A stretch of DNA of 51,950 nucleotides, taken from Oceanipulchritudo sp. (GTDB lineage: Bacteria > Verrucomicrobiota > Verrucomicrobiia > Opitutales > Oceanipulchritudinaceae). The stretch is taken from assembly GCA_041623435.1 (NCBI GenBank), contig JBFJWZ010000001.1, positions 1 to 51,950 of the forward strand. Direction: 5' to 3'. Positions 50,632-51,950 of the stretch are shown piece after piece (within the stretch, counting starts at the first letter, position 1; every line of letters starts with the position of its first letter). A program made the position numbers and the translations under genes. The notes under the pieces were generated by a model. The model was not told the DNA's origin. It searched no databases and was given only the letters and a program-made list of their open reading frames with translations.

Positions 50632-51950
50632 TTATAATTTCGATTCGAAAAGCGTTTTCGGTGTCCGTTGCATGAATTCTTCGATGAATTTTGTGGTGAA
50701 GTTCCCCTGGACAAACTCCGGATCATTAATGACGGAACGCGTGAAAGCAATGTTGGTAAAGATTCCGCGAATCAGGTATTCATTCAATGCACGGTTCATG
50801 CGAGCAAGGGCCATCTTGCGATCGACCCCGACCGTGATCACCTTCGCAATCATGCTGTCGTAGTATTTTGGAACAGTGTAACCACCGTAGACATGGCTGT
50901 CCACACGAACGCCATGTCCGCCGGGCGGATAGTAGAGGGAAACTTCGCCCGGGCAGGGTGCAAAATTCATGGAAGGGTTTTCCGCACAGACACGCACCTC
51001 TATGGCGTGACCGGTCATCGTGATATCTTCCTGCGCACGACCAAGTTTCTCACCCGAGGCGATCCGGATTTGTTCCTTGATCAAGTCGATACCGGTGACT
51101 TCCTCAGTAACGGGATGTTCCACCTGAATCCGGGTATTCATCTCAATGAAGTAGAAATTGCGCTTCTTATCGACGAGAAACTCGATTGTACCGGCATTCT
51201 GATAGCCGCAGGACTTGGCAGCTTTGACAGCGGCATCGCCCATTTGCTTGCGGAGATCCCTGGTCATGAAGGGTGAAGGGGATTCCTCCACGATTTTCTG
51301 GTGGCGACGCTGGACAGAGCAGTCGCGTTCACCGAGGTGGATGACATTACCATGCTCATCGGCCAGAATCTGGAACTCAATGTGCCTCGGCTCCTCGATA
51401 AACTTTTCGATGTACACATCACCATTGCCGAATGCGTTTTCCGCTTCATTACTGGCTGCAGCAAATTCCTTACGGAAGGAGGCTGAGTTGTGAGCCAATC
51501 GCATGCCGCGACCACCACCACCAGCAACGGCCTTGATGATGACCGGGTATCCGATTCCCTCGGCCAGCTTGATGGCCTCGTCCGGATCTGCGACCACCCC
51601 TTCACTGCCAGGCACGGTTGGAACGCCTGCAGCGGCTACCGTTTTCCGTGCAACCGCCTTGTCTCCCATCTTCCGGATGACCTCCGATGGGGGGCCGATA
51701 AACTTGATTTTGCACTCTTCGCACTGTTCCGCGAAGTCGGCGTCCTCCGACAGGAAGCCATAGCCGGGATGGATCGCGTCTACATCGGCGATTTCAGCGG
51801 CGGCGATAATCCGATCCGCCCGCAGGTAGGACTCCGATCCGATTGCCGGTCCGATACAGATAGCACCGTCTGCCAGTTGCACATGAAGGGACTGGTCATC
51901 CGCTTCGGAGTAGACGGCAACGGTTTCAATGCCCAATTCCCGACAGGCCC
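50632..51950 (-). CDS. accC: Acetyl-CoA carboxylase biotin carboxylase subunit (5' end outside the window)
   Basis: [14 protein letters not shown] at the edge, [46 protein letters not shown]. Confidence 0.96.
   Translation of the reverse strand, partial: ACRELGIETVAVYSEADDQSLHVQLADGAICIGPAIGSESYLRADRIIAAAEIADVDAIHPGYGFLSEDADFAEQCEECKIKFIGPPSEVIRKMGDKAVARKTVAAAGVPTVPGSEGVVADPDEAIKLAEGIGYPVIIKAVAGGGGRGMRLAHNSASFRKEFAAASNEAENAFGNGDVYIEKFIEEPRHIEFQILADEHGNVIHLGERDCSVQRRHQKIVEESPSPFMTRDLRKQMGDAAVKAAKSCGYQNAGTIEFLVDKKRNFYFIEMNTRIQVEHPVTEEVTGIDLIKEQIRIASGEKLGRAQEDITMTGHAIEVRVCAENPSMNFAPCPGEVSLYYPPGGHGVRVDSHVYGGYTVPKYYDSMIAKVITVGVDRKMALARMNRALNEYLIRGIFTNIAFTRSVINDPEFVQGNFTTKFIEEFMQRTPKTLFESKL

Overview
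Gene-dense chromosomal region of about 55-57% GC (estimated by eye) from a diderm bacterium. It most likely belongs to Verrucomicrobiota (Opitutales-like), inferred from the PVC-type L28 insert, the LpxC-FabZ fusion and the T2SS layout. In order it holds: a partial lpxC-fabZ fusion, efp, lpxA, galM, an 11-gene type II secretion cluster (G-H-I-J-K-L-M-D-C-E-F, no prepilin peptidase), a three-gene lipid cassette (ACP-dehydratase fusion, ketosynthase, MGDG-synthase-like glycosyltransferase), a VanZ-like gene, ligA, cysH/cobA, rpmB, a MidA-like methyltransferase, Lrp plus aminotransferase, der, fmt, LysM, parB, secG, a LolA-like gene, a tandem-RHH/histone H1-like protein, MoxR, an NtrC-type regulator, a Ser/Thr kinase-rpoN-tsaB-alr operon, an iscA-like gene, miaA, a ppiD-like gene, yihY, trmH, glyA, rpiB, a LMW phosphatase, an amaP/asp23-like pair and partial accC. 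I saw no rRNA, tRNA, CRISPR array or transposase. The best leads for new biology are: (i) two nearby chromosome proteins carrying histone H1-like Lys/Ala tracts (double RHH + H1 tail with a possible internal start; ParB with an H1-like insert), (ii) the ACP-dehydratase/KS/glycosyltransferase cassette upstream of the T2SS, (iii) an EF-P with an unusual TQGRQ (Arg32) loop and no adjacent earP, (iv) a soluble Hanks kinase heading the rpoN operon, (v) a LigA lacking its zinc finger, and (vi) two palindromes built from 7- and 8-mer tandem repeats between convergent genes.
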